A DNA stretch of 63,967 nucleotides, filler included, from Hausera hauseri (GCA_046269625.1; 10 parts of 10 records of this genome joined end to end with filler, not necessarily neighbours in it); one strand, 5' to 3'; counted from the whole stretch's first letter, positions 12,846 through 25,649 are shown. Notes: a model not told the origin generated them from the letters alone. Translations and numbers: made by a program.

Positions 12846-13915
12846 ATGAATTCTCCACCAACTATCGACACCGCGGATACAACCACTACAAAAAAGCCAA
12901 TACCCATTCTTTATTGCTCCAAACCAAACCCACCACACTCTTCAGCCGATGCGAATCCCCATAGCAACACTATTAACACTCCTCACTGTACAGAATACTT
13001 CATCGATAACAAAAAATCTAGTAAGACGTGGCTTCATTTCCATCAACTCTGGTTCCAGTGCAATGTCATCACAGATTCTTTATCTAAAGCCCATAGCTTG
13101 CACTATCTTCTCCCGAATTCCATAAAAGCCTCAATACATAACTTGTTATAGATCTTCCAGCAGCCTGATCCTTATGCCCTATTATTCGACGCTGTGTTAA
13201 AGCAGACTGAACTTTCCATTGACTCCATAATGCAGCGTTTCTTTAACGAAAACGCAGTGGGCACACAAAAACCCAGTGACTTATTGCGCACTTTACTAGC
13301 ACACTTGCGTACTCTTGGCGTGACTAAGGAGCACAACCTTGATCTTCTACGCCATTACTTTTTCAACGCGCTTCCTCTTCAAATTCGAGCCCTACTTACC
13401 GTGGTGGGAAACTCCACACCGCTTGAAAAATTGGTCAAATTGGCCGACAGGACACATAATGTCCTACATAAAAATTCACCACCAGTCGTTTCAGCAGCAG
13501 TTGCCGCTAACGATAACACATCTATACTACAACAACTCAATCAGCTACGCACTGAAAACATTGAATTACATGCAACAATAAACAACATCAGTAATAAATT
13601 GTACTAATTGTTCCTGTCCCGACAGGGGGATTTTTCCGCTGCCCATAACCATTCTACGTCACGAAACCGCTCACCTTCGTCTGCGCCTTTGTCGATCTGC
13701 TATTATCACAGCATATTCAACGCTAATTATCAGAGGTGCTGCCTGGAATGTCAATTTTATGATAAGAAGTTTTTCTCGAACATTATTGTTTGCATTTACC
13801 ATGCAAGATTCAAAAATCAAGCACGTAAATGTATACATGGCTGTACCTTCAAATCTAACACAAACAACGGACGTACTACCTTCAATTTTCATAGTCGTCC
13901 CAGTTCATCTTTTCC

Positions 13916-13957
13916 AAAAAACTAAGTTCTCCGCCAGAAGTCACGGCAAACTCTGGC
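13916..13957 (+). promoter_or_regulatory. Putative -1 ribosomal frameshift signal at the gag/pol junction
   Basis: A_AAA_AAC directly before the gag TAA, followed by the stem GCCAGA...TCTGGC. The same layout occurs in copy C, and in copy B with one substitution. Confidence 0.75.
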
Positions 13958-16900
13958 AAAGGCACTCTTTTACATTCTGAACGCCGACACATCTCTTTTG
14001 CAGTCTTCATGCTAAAGGCAGCAATCACTGCCCATATGACTCAATGTGTTCATTTTCTCATCGACAGAGGGGCAGCAATTTCTTTATTACCGCAAACCTT
14101 TCCTACACAAAATTCTCCATTCAAACTTAAGCATTTATATACTGCTTCAGGCCAGCCGCTGCACATCTCGGGACGGCTACATTATCTTTCACTTTGCCTG
14201 GTTTCTCTGCGCCTTTCCGCTGGACGTTCACAGTTGCTAACATCCAGTCGGTAATCCTTGGATCTGACTTTCTCTCACATTACAATCTAGTGGTTGATTG
14301 CCGTCAGCGATGTCTGAGGAGCGGCACCGTTGGCGACATTTCTGGACATATTAATAGTATTTCGACTGGCGCGCGGTCTACCGGGATACGGAAGTCTATC
14401 TTAAAAATGTCAGCTAATAATTCGATTTTTTATAACAATAATTTGAATTTTCACAATAATAATTTAATTCGGAAATTTTTACACAACAACATTGATATAT
14501 GATCGAGATTTGATGTCAATAAGTGTGGTACTGCCACCAACGCTAACTCATTCGACGAAAATACCTTAGCTAACACCATTTTCAACTCAACCGTTTTTCA
14601 CCAAATTCCACTCGACTGCACATCACCTAACAACTTATAAATTGCATCCGCTACCACTCAAACCGTTCCACCACTTTCACCGAATCTCTCACAGCTACCT
14701 ACAACGTTATAACAATTCATCAACAAATCATGTCCACATGTACTTAAAAAAGATCGTACTTTCACTCCTGCCAACAGCACCCTACACCATATAGTCACAC
14801 AGCACCAACTTTTAATACGCCAAAAAGTACGGCATCTGTCACCTCGCCGTAGACAGGCCGTAGAAGCGGAATTTCTTGAGATGAACATTCCGGCATAGTA
14901 GGCCGTTCCAAATCTTCTTGGTCATCATCATTACATGTTGTTCTGAAAAAATCGGTACCTTTAGACCATGCGGTAACTGCCGACAGCTTAACAACCTGAT
15001 AACCATTATGCATATCCTTTGCCACTCATCAAGGATATCCTACATCGCCTTAACTCCACTACTATCTATTCGACCATCGATTTAGCTAAAGTCCACCATC
15101 AAATACCGGTAGCACCTGAAGATATCGAAAAAACCGCAGTAACTACTCCTTTCGGCCTCTACGAATACTTCTTTATGCCATTCGATTTACGGAATGCTGC
15201 ATAAACTTTTCAGAGGCACATTGATTCAATCCTTGCAGTTTTCTCGTTTGCACGCCCTTATATCGACGATATTCTAGTCGTTTCATCTTCAGCCAAACAG
15301 CACGAAGAACATCATCACGCAATATTCCAACGCCTTCACCACCATAATCTACAGATTAACTTCGACAAGTGCAGCTTTTTCAAGAAACGCATCAATTTCT
15401 TAGGTCACGTCAATACATCAAACGGTCATTCTCCACAATCATACCGAGTCGATGCCCTTAAAAACATACAACTGCCACGTACAACCACCGAAATGCGTAG
15501 CTTCCTTGGCACATTTCATTTTGTGCATAAATACGTCCTTTACTGCTCAGAATTAACGGCTCCGTTCGCACACCTAAGCGGCGGTAATAAACATCAGCCA
15601 ATTTAGTGGACACCTAAATTGGTTGACAAATTTGACAGGCTACGTGAATGCCTCAAAACTGTTGATATTCTTGCCTTTCCCAAGCCCGATACAGAGCTCA
15701 TCCTCACCACAAATGCATCAACCACTGTTGTAGGCGCTGTACTTCATCAGATTTACAAGGAAGAAAACCAACCCTTGGAATTCTTTTCTCGCAAACTAAC
15801 AACACCTGAAACATGATATTCCACATTTGATCGAGAACTATTGGCAATCGTGCTCGCTCTAAAGTATTTTCCATACCTACTTGTCCCTCGTTATTTTACT
15901 CTGCAAACTGATCATAAGCCTATGCTTAACGCCATGACCATGAAACACCCTTCCACACGCCAAGAACGCCAAATATCCTATTTGTCGACATTTAATTTCG
16001 ATATTAAACATATAAACGGAGTTAACAATTTAGTTGCTGATTTTTTATCTAGATCGGTTAGTACCATAAGTTTTTCTCCCATTTTTACGCAATAACAACT
16101 TCAGCAAAACTAGCCACCTCCAGACATGCTTAAGTCTTTCAAATCTTGCACATTTGTTGACGGCGTGGCTTTGGACACAGACAAGCATTTTATCATGTAC
16201 ACTCACTATACCATCCTGGTGCCAAAGCCAATTTTCGTCTCCTCCGTCGATAAGTAATATGGCCGTCAATGCGTTTCGATGTGAAGCATGGGTTAAGGAG
16301 TGTGTGGAATGCCAAAAATACAAAACAACTAAGCATTTAAAGCCACACTGTTCCACTTTCCCTGCACATCGCGTTTCGTGTCCGTGCATGTCGACATCGT
16401 TGGTTCACCTCTTCCAGACAACGGTCACCAATTCATCCTCACCATGATGGACCATTCCTCGCAATGGCCAGAAGCCATCCGTCTGCAGAGCACAAACACC
16501 CTACCATACCTGACGTTTACATTGGCACATGGATTAGCAGGTTTGAATCACTTGGTTTCATCATTAAGGACCAAGGTCTACAATTTGAATCCAACTTGTT
16601 TAAATCCATTGTTAATCGATTGGGGATCTACCACATTCATATAACGCCTTATCATCTCCAATCAAATGGCCTCCTATAATGCTTCCATCGGACACTGAAA
16701 ACGTCGCTAAGAATTTTTGCAGAGTCCAACACTAGTTGGACCAATCTTCTTCCCTTCGTTCTGCTTGACTGGTGGAACACTTCGTCTACCTCTATAAGAT
16801 GCTCATCTACTGAATCATTATTTGGAGCTCCTGTCTGGTCATCATTCGAACTAACCGCCCTAGACGACAGCCCACAGATGAGACAATACGGACGGCCCAA

Positions 16901-17758
16901 AATCACTTCGTCTAAGTCAGTGAGGACGCGTTTTTCAGGTTACTCCATAAAGATAAAACATACCTACCTGATGATTTATACACGGCTAAATTCGTATGAA
17001 CGAAGAATCAAGCTCCTTGCGGTTTCCAGCCGCGGTATCTGGGTCCCTACAAACTTTTACAACTGCACTCGCATAACGCCATCATATCCCATGACGGTAA
17101 AGACTTCACAGTACACATTACCAATCTAAAGCCTGCTTTCTTCGTCTCCGACACCTTACCAACCGACATGTCAACTTCTTTTCTTACTCCTCCACTAGCT
17201 GCTGCTACTACACCTACTGCTACACCATTTCTACCTTCCCCTTTCGCGCCTAATCTTGCTGCATCATTTCCTACACTTCCTTCTTCTATTACTATCACTC
17301 CTTCTGTTTCATCTTCCTCTTCCACTTCTTCACTTAACACAACTCCAATCTTTACTCCAACCTCTTCTTCTCCTCCTTTATTCACCAATACACTTTCTAT
17401 TACTCCTTCGTCTCCTAAAACTTTTCTCAATATCTTTAATCCTCATTCTTCAACAATCACTCTTCCTTCTTCACCGTTTACGTCACCTTCTTCACCTTCC
17501 TCTTCGTCTGCGCGCGACACAACATCTACACTAAAATCTACCAATTTTTTTATAAAATCTCAGTCTCTGCAAAGAGACAATTTGCACAAACACACAACAC
17601 GCAGAGTCACATTCAACCAATATAGTAGGGAAAAATCAGTCGAAGGTATTCAACGCCTTATACACACTAAGCTCAACTAACATGCATACTTTTTATTTTG
17701 CGTTTTTTCCTTTCTATCTTTTGTTCTTTGTAGATTAAAATTTGCCACGGGGCAGTGA

Positions 17759-17915
17759 TGTGATGCCCGTGTCGATCGTTGCCCTCCGGCCCATTTGGTT
17801 GGGCGCGGCCGGTTTCCCGCTGCCGGCGCGTCGGGCGCATAGACAGGCCCCGAGTTTTCGTTTTGCGAATGCCAATCTGTATTCCGTTATTAATTCCGAT
17901 AACAAAAAATTTCTT
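17759..17915 (+). repeat. 3' LTR of Gypsy copy A (right end approximate)
   Basis: Polypurine-tract-like ggggcagtga, then TGTGATGCCC...ggcccatttggttgggcgcggccgg. Homologous to the TG-starting sequence after the PPT in copy C. Confidence 0.75.
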
Positions 17916-18269
17916 CAGAAAAAAAACAGAACTTAGTCAAAGGGTTGAATTATTATTTAGAATCATTTTTTTATGTCACGAAAAAAAAGTTAGGTTAATA
18001 AACCTCATTACGTCTAAGAATAAACCCATTAGTCAATTTATTCAGGAATTAGTCAAGAATATTAAATAACAGTGATAAAGCTGTAAATTCAGAAATAATC
18101 GTGAAAATTTTCAAACAGTGGTTAAATTCAACGCTTGAATTCTTGGAGTTGATTTTAGCAATCAACAATTATATTTTATCTCAGTGTAAAATTAAATTAA
18201 TTCGAAGAGCCAATATTAGCCAACATTACCAGAACCACAAAGGTTCACTGTGGTCCGACGAACAGGTTT

Positions 18270-18500
18270 TATTCCAACCACTATCCCGAACAAATAAAAA
18301 ACTATGTCGATCTAATGTAATATTTAATGAAACTAAACGCAACACAGATAAAAATTGGAACTGTTGATTTGTGGTCTCCCTGAAATCGATAGTGCAACCT
18401 GCTACACAGTAACCCCATTACGTAATTTCGCAGAATTAAATCAAATTGCAATATTATTTGCCGATTGTATTTTAGAATATTTCTTCGGTTATAATTGAAT
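18270..18500 (+). pseudogene. Possible HECT E3 ligase fragment
   Basis: KLELLICGLPEID at about 18352-18390 resembles the HECT ELELLxCGxxEID motif. The flanks are badly decayed. Confidence 0.3.
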
Positions 18501-19029
18501 CAAAAAATTTATTACAATATCTTCTAATGATCATAATAGTTTATAGATTGTTTTAAGTGAATGCCTTGATAATGGGAGTTCTACCAAATAACAAATATAC
18601 GAATTAAAAATTATGTGACAAGTCCAATAACGAATATGCAATACTCAATGAGTTTTCCAAAACCCAAATTGATTCATTTGTCAATAAACAAGTGTTGTTC
18701 AGAAAAGCACGAAATNNNNNNNNNNNNNNNNNNNNNNNNNNNNNNNNNNNNNNNNNNNNTTAATTAATTAANNNNNNNNNNNNNNNNNNNNNNNNNNNNN
18801 NNNNNNNNNNNNNNNATACATTTCGATCAATTACTGCCGGTCAGTGGTGTATTGGATTTAATAGACAAGTGTATCTATTTGTACCAATTTTTTATTCCGA
18901 AGTTATCATTCGTGCACCAGAATTTGAAATCATCTGATACATACACATATGCTGAGCACAACACATCATGTACCTTGCTCAGTATTCCCAAATCCCCCTA
19001 CTCAGCCGGGGTAAATCCGTCGACCCCAT

Positions 19030-20645
19030 ACTATATACCATTTGATTCGTCGCATCATTACCTTTCTAATGATATGTGACGTGACTCCAGAATCACTACG
19101 GTTACTACGAAGTTATTCGGTTTTTCCATTTTCAGATGCTTTAAATCGCTCTAGCGCACAATTGATTTGTGCTCAATCTACTCATCACACCAACTCAATT
19201 TAGTGACCGATCAATAGAGTTTCACAAATACTACTCGATGTAGCATATAAATTTACTATATAGTATTTAGTTTCTGAGTAGTACTCAAAACAAAAAATTT
19301 TTTGAGCTCACTTTTCTGCTCATAACTCCGACTCCTTTATTCCAATAACGCCACTTTCTACTCCATTCGCCTCATCTCATCGAGACGAATCGAATGATGC
19401 CAAAACGAACTCCGTACGACTCCTACGGGCTGAAATATTCCCCCCAAAACCGTTTTTGCTTCGTCTTCCGCTCATAACGCCGAATGATACAGTCCGCCAG
19501 CGTCCATTCCAATATCATTCGACGCAGCACAATGTGACGTATCCAGCGATATCCGAACGGACTCAATCGGTCTGTTGTCGGCTGAGCTGTTGTACATTTT
19601 TGGAAATTTGCCTGAAAAACTTCAACTGTGTCAGAACCGGCATACCCTTTGTTGGTTCGCCAGAAGAGTTGTTCGAACATGTTATATATTGTTCGAATCG
19701 CGCTGCCATACCAAGTCCAACTGTGCAGAGAAACCGACAATATGGATTCTCGTTCAAACTCAATCCACAGAAAACCTCAAAAGTGCTCAAGTGCTTACTG
19801 CTCAATCGAAATGAGTCGGACGACCGAGATCATTGCACCGTTCGATTCGCCTCCTAATCGTCGTTCCAGCGATATGCAGACCATTTCACTATCCATTACC
19901 GTTCCGGAGTTTTGGTCATTTTCCCTGTTTTTGCCCCTTTAAATCGCTCTAGCGCACAATTGATTTGTGCTTAAACTACTCATTAAACTGAATCCATTTG
20001 CATACCAGTCGATAGATCTAACCTAATACTAATCGATGGAATCGATGAAAACCCTGTGTGATGTGAGGATTTTGAGCAGTGCTCATTTCACACTTATTTT
20101 TTTCTCCGTTTTCTGCTCATAACTCCGGCCTATACACACCACTCACGTCACTTTGTGGTCCATTCGACTGCGCTCATTGAGACGAATCGAATGACACCAA
20201 AACGAACTCCGTACGACTCCTACGGGCTGAGACATTGACTTTCGGGCGGAAAACCGGAACTGTGCCATAACCGGCATACCTTTTACGGGCTATCCTAAAG
20301 ATTTATCTCTACAATCCTTATACCATTTGAACCGCCCTCATGTGCCTAGGTCAACCGTTAATAGAAAATTGCATTACTTTTCTTCAGTCCCACGCAATTC
20401 CCCAAAAACCACTTTTTCTTTCAGGTCAATTTCCCAGTGTCCTTACCGCATTTTCTCAATTTTTTAAAGCCGAACACACAAGGACACCGCTCTTGCGCAA
20501 CTTTTGCGTCATTTCCTGCCTGGAAATAGGACAACTTCCGGTCAAAATTTCGTAAATTTCACCGGAAGTGACGCAAATTTACACCGGAAGTTGCGCAATT
20601 TCCCGGGGTGGGGGTCTGTGCCAGAACCGGAAATTTCACCCTACT
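19030..20645. repeat. Non-coding array of imperfect direct repeats, probably the subterminal region of a DNA transposon
   Basis: ttaaatcgctctagcgcacaattgatttgtgct at 19141 and ~19939. gagacgaatcgaatga..ccaaaacgaactccgtacgactcctacgggctga at ~19382 and ~20179. A CCGGAA cluster at 20535-20635. Confidence 0.6.
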
Positions 20646-20696
20646 CTGATAATAAATTAAAACAATTCCGTAATTTAATACAAAGTGTTAATAAGA

Positions 20697-21600
20697 CTAA
20701 ACAAGGTCGACAATTGTGTACATTCCACTGGTGTAATTGGGTTTTGACCAATCCGCAGCAGGTAAGCCAGAAATCGAGTATTGTCGAGCACATGTTTTAT
20801 TAAAATGGGGCAGAAGTTCGTCAGCTTCATCGGGCTTACGTCTCATGTAAATCAATGCATCCGTACCGAAACCCTCAACAGAACTCAAAGACAAATCACC
20901 ATTAAAGTAACGCGCATAAAGTCGACTCAGCGGAAGTCCATAACCGTAACCAGCCATAGGCGAACTATTCGATGAAAGATTTGTGTTGATGGCAGCACCG
21001 GCCGTTGTGAAAGTGTATTTGAAAACCTTGTCCATCCACGAACGTGGAATACCTCTACCATCGTCGGTAATTCGAATAGTTACATTTTCTTTAGATCCAC
21101 AAATTAACTTTAATTGCTGGTAATTTATCACTGTTCGAATGGTATTCCATAACGGCTCTTAATGCATTCTTTATAAGTTCAAATACCATGTGAAACAAAT
21201 GAGCAGTAACGTAAGACAGATAAATGCATTTCTGATAAATACATTCTTCAAGAGACCGAGCATTATTACAGTGCCAAATTTTGTACGATTCGCTCTTATT
21301 ATATATTTTTTGGAATATGATTGACTACCGTTATTTGTATTTCAGGAGCACTTCCATAGTAATGCCGACAAAGGTATAGCGCTTTACTGTATGCATCCTC
21401 AACTACTTCAAGGATATTAGTTGAAGGGTCAATGATTCCGATAAAACGCCGATTTTGGTTTAGTTGAGGTCCATAAAGGGTCACATGCTGATTAATTAAC
21501 ATTCTGATACTAATACGATTTAGATAGAAACGATCCAGAAAATATTGTAGCTGATTTTCTGTACAAGCATCGATTCCACGAACTCGTTTTACTTCTATAT
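20697..21600 (-). pseudogene. PDK: Pyruvate dehydrogenase kinase, 5'-truncated, intronless, two frameshifts
   Basis: QYFLDRFYLNRISIRMLINQH, HLFHMVFELIKNALRA, DDGRGIP and PMAGYGYGLPLSRLYARYFNGDL. Confidence 0.92.
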
Positions 21601-21920
21601 CACTCATTTGTAGTAGATTTAATTGCAGCATCTTTAATGATATAATTTCGCTCCGTGATAAACTTTTCATCTTCCAAAGCTCCGAGTACAGCATCGTGGA
21701 CCGCTAAAAACATATTTCGGGGATTTACTGTTTTATACATGACATTGCTGTCAATCAGCATAGATCTAACGGCTGCTCGAACGTTAGCAAGAAAGATACA
21801 TATCCCAGCCAATTCGTAGTCATGAATAACTTGTATCAGAGTTCTAACACCAGAGTCAATAAAACAACACGTTGAAAATAAATGATTATATGGTTATATG
21901 GTTTCCAGTCTCTTATGATT
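21600..21920 (-). pseudogene. SLC26 anion transporter STAS-domain C-terminal fragment
   Basis: FSTCCFIDSGVRTLIQVIHDYELAGICIFLANVRAAVRSML...MFLAVHDAVLGAL matches the SLC26 STAS pattern. Confidence 0.75.
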
Positions 21921-24900
21921 AGATAAGAATGCTAAAAGCGTGATCACGCTGAGAATACATTGTCTCCTCGTCAGGATTTCCCATGTTTGGCTTGAGTGAT
22001 TGACATAGTAGTTGGTTTCATCATCATTATGCATCAAATCGTCGGCAATTACAAAAACAAATAACAATGAAAGAGGAAACAATAACATTTTATTTACAAG
22101 TCACAAAAAATTAAAGAAGCACGACCTCGTTGGGCACAATATCATCCCCTGTGGCAAAGCAAGGACTAAAGAGGTAAGAAAAGGGAAGATGTGTAGAAAC
22201 TGTGTAGATTGTCTAAGTGGTCTATTGTATGAATAAGACACTGTACCCCTGCAGTGTTAATCTCCTTATTGTAGGTACTAAATGTGACTGATTTGCGCAT
22301 ATTCAATGTCTTAGAGTCTGGATGCGGGGAAGATTGAGGCAAAACAATGTCGGATTTTGGCGCTGAAGGTGTTGTGTCGTTCAGTGGCAAAAAAGAAGGT
22401 GGTGTAGGAACTGAAAAGGTACAAGGTGCAGGAGTCAAAAAAGGAGTAGAAGATTCGATTTTTGGGGTGTCGTCTACGAAAAATGCAGGCTTGATGTTGT
22501 TGATATGCACCTCTAGTTCCTTACATCTTTGGAAATAATAGCATTGAGAGTGCAACTGAATGAGTTTGTAAAGGCCAAAATACCGTAGCTGAAAACCGCA
22601 AGGTGTCTCGTTCCTCAACCAGACAAACTTTGCAGAATAAATATTGTTGGGTAGGTACGTTTTATTGTTGTATTATTCTGCAAAATGAGTCTTTACTGAC
22701 TGAGACAAAATGATTCTGTGCTGTTCGGATAGCTTCGTCTGTAGGTGTATCTTCCAAGGCAGTTAACTCAAATTATGAACGTACAGGCGTTCCGAATAGG
22801 GCTTCCGTAGGTGAACAACCAGTAGAAGTATAAGGGGTGTTACGCCAACCCAGAAGAACCAACGGAAGAAGAGTAGTCCAAATGCTATTGGATTTTGCGA
22901 GGATTCTCAATGACGTTTTTAGTGTTCTGTGGAATCTCTCTAGAAGACCATTCGATTAGAGGTGATACGGTGATGTGTGTATATGGCTGATTCCTAATCG
23001 GTTAACGAGAGATTTAAACAAATTGGACTCCAACTGAGTACCTTGGTCCGTAATAATGAATTTAGGGGATCCAGATCTGCTGATCCAATTGCGTATGAAA
23101 ACGTCGGCTATTGTGTCAATGTTAGTGTTCCGTAGGCGGACGGCTTCTGGTTAACGTGAGGACCGATCCATCATGGTCAAAATGAACTGATGACCGTTGT
23201 CAAGAGGAAGAGACCAACGAGATCAACATGAACAGACCCGACACGTAATGTGCAAGGGAAATGATATAGTGGTGGCTTCAAATGTTTGGTGGTTTTAAAT
23301 TTCTGGCAGGCCATGCACTCCTTAACCCACGCTTGCACATCAAAACGCATTGACGACCAAATTACCTGTCGGTGGAGTAAACGAAAGGTGGCCTTAGCGC
23401 CAGGGTGGTTAAGCGAATGTACACTGTTAAACGCTTGACGTTGTAAAGGTGGTGCGAAAATTATTACGGAATGACCTGGTTTAGAAGTGTCTAAAGCCAC
23501 ACCGTCAACAACTGTGCAAGATTTAAAAGAATTAAGCATGTTCTGAGGTAGTTGGTTCTGTTGGAGTTGTACTTGAGTGAAGATTGGTAAAAATTAATCG
23601 AACCAACCGTCCTCGATAAGAAATCGGCAACCAAATTATTAATCCCGTTAATATATTTTATGTCGAAGTTAAATGTCACAAATATAATGTTTGTCGTTCT
23701 TAGCATGAGAAAGGATGTTTCATAGCCATGATGTTTAGCAAGGGCTTGTGATTGGTCTGTATGGTAAAACGGCGAGCGACAAGTAGGTGGGAGAATTGCT
23801 TTAAAGCGAGTACGATGGCCAATAATTCTAGATCGAACGTTGAATATCTAGTTTCAGGGGATGTTAGCTTACGAGAGAAAAATTCTAGCGGTTGATTTTC
23901 TCCTTTGTATATTTGGTGAAGCAGAGCACCTACCGCAGTGGCTGAAGCGTCTGTAGTAAGGATGAGTTTCGCATCAGGCTTAGGGAAAGCGAGAATGTCG
24001 AGGGTCTTAATTCCTTCGCGTAGCTTATCAAACTTATCAACCAGTTCAAGTGTCCACTGGATTGGCTGATGTTTTCTTCCTCAGCTTAAGTGTGCAAATG
24101 GTGCGGTAAGTTCAGAGCATTACGGCACATACTTGTGAACGAAGTGCAAAGTTCCCAAAAAGTTTCTTATTTCTGTTGTTGTTCGAGGTAGCTGCACGTT
24201 TTTTAGGGCTTCAACTCGATCGGACTGAAGCCAGTGACCTTCAGCAAAACTAATGTGACCAAGAAAATTTATACGCTTCTGGAAAAGTGACATATGACGA
24301 AATTAATCCGCAGGTTATGCTGGTGTAAACGTTGAAATATTGATCTGAGGTGTTCCTCTGTTGTTGGGTCGAAGAGGAAACAACTAATATGTCATAAATA
24401 TATGGTTAGGCATATGGGAAATCAGAAAGGATAGCATCAATGGAGCATTGAAAAGTCTGAGCGACATTCAGTAGGCCGAAAGGCATGTACAGATATTCGT
24501 AAAGGCCAAAAGGAGTAGTTACAGCTGTTTTTTCGATATCTTCAGGTGCCACAGGAATTTGGTAGTAAGCCTTGGATAAATGAAAGGTAGAATAAATTGT
24601 GGTGTTATTAAGGCGGTGTAAGATATCCTTAATGAGTGGTAGCAGGTACGCATCCATTATTGTCAAAGTATTTAACTGACGATAATCACACAAGGTCGAA
24701 AAGTTCCATCCTTCTTTTGAACGACATGTAATGGAGACTTCCATGGGGATTTGGAGCGACGTGCAATACCGGAGCGTTCGATATCTAGAAATTCGGCTTC
24801 AACGGCCTGTCTACGACGAGGGGACAATGGACGCACTTTTTGGGGGACAGGTGTTTGATGTTGTGTCACAATGCGATGAAAAGTGGTGTTTGCTGGAGTA

Positions 24901-25130
24901 AAAGACCTGTCTTTTTTAATTATTCTAGAACAGGATATGTTATTGAATTGCTGCACACTTGCAGGTAATTGTAAAAAGTTTGGTTCGAGCGAGATGGTTT
25001 TATCGGTAACTGTTGCAATTTGGACATTATTTGGTGATCTAAAATGAAGTGGTATTCGTTGCAGGATGGTATTATTAAAGATGGTATTGTAGCTGGTAGT
25101 TTTATCTAATGATTTTGCAGTGTAACGGAA

Positions 25131-25649
25131 TCACTCATCATCGCCGTGCAAACGCCAATCGTCAGTAATATTGTTCTTCAGTAATTTATAAAACATGGTT
25201 TTAAGAGGCTCTTTTGGAATGCCCGTCAATTCATTATTATCCACGCACAACACTTTTAGATCTGACAGTTTTCCAAGAGGTTTCGAAAATTCCTGAAATT
25301 CATTTCCACCCAAGTCTAGCAGTTCAAGACACTAAAGTTTAGCAAAGGAATTCGGAAGAGTTTATAAACAATTATCTCTCATTTCCAGCTCCTGCAAAAC
25401 GGAAAGATTTCCAAAATCATTCGGTAATTCAGTCAACAAAATGTTATTTAAATTAAGAATCGAAAAATTCCGCAACGAACTGAATCCCTCTGGCAGTCTA
25501 TTAATTTGATTGGCATCAAGAAAACATTCTTCGATTGATCTCGCATTTCTCATTACTTCATCTGGCACTGATAACAGATTGCAGTGACGCTTATCAATTA
25601 TTTCCAATTGACTAGCACAAGTGATAAGAAAAGGAAAACTCTTTTTCAT
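25131..25649 (-). pseudogene. scrib: scribble/LAP-family N-terminal LRR fragment inserted in pol of copy B
   Basis: MKKSFPFLITCASQLEIIDKRHCNLLSVPDEVMRNARSIEECFLDANQI...LELLDLGGNEF. DKRHC and LDANQ are Scribble N-terminal hallmarks. Two in-frame stops. Confidence 0.85.

Larger units (their letters stand above)
12548..17758 (+). mobile_element. Gypsy LTR retrotransposon copy A (CsRn1-like), internal region, decayed; order Ubl-gag, PR, RT, RNase H, IN, S/T/P-rich tail
   Basis: Gag motif QKPSDLLR and two CX2HX9CX3C knuckles. PR FLIDRGAAISLLP; RT KTAVTTPFGLYEY and PYIDDILV; RH FFSRKL and TDHKP; IN VHVDIVG and YHLQSNG. Many stops and frameshifts. Confidence 0.95.

Noticed and set aside
17047-17430. 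Glu/Gly/Val-rich ORFs here and at 30370-30708
   Set aside because: They are antisense shadows of the S/T/P-rich integrase tail.
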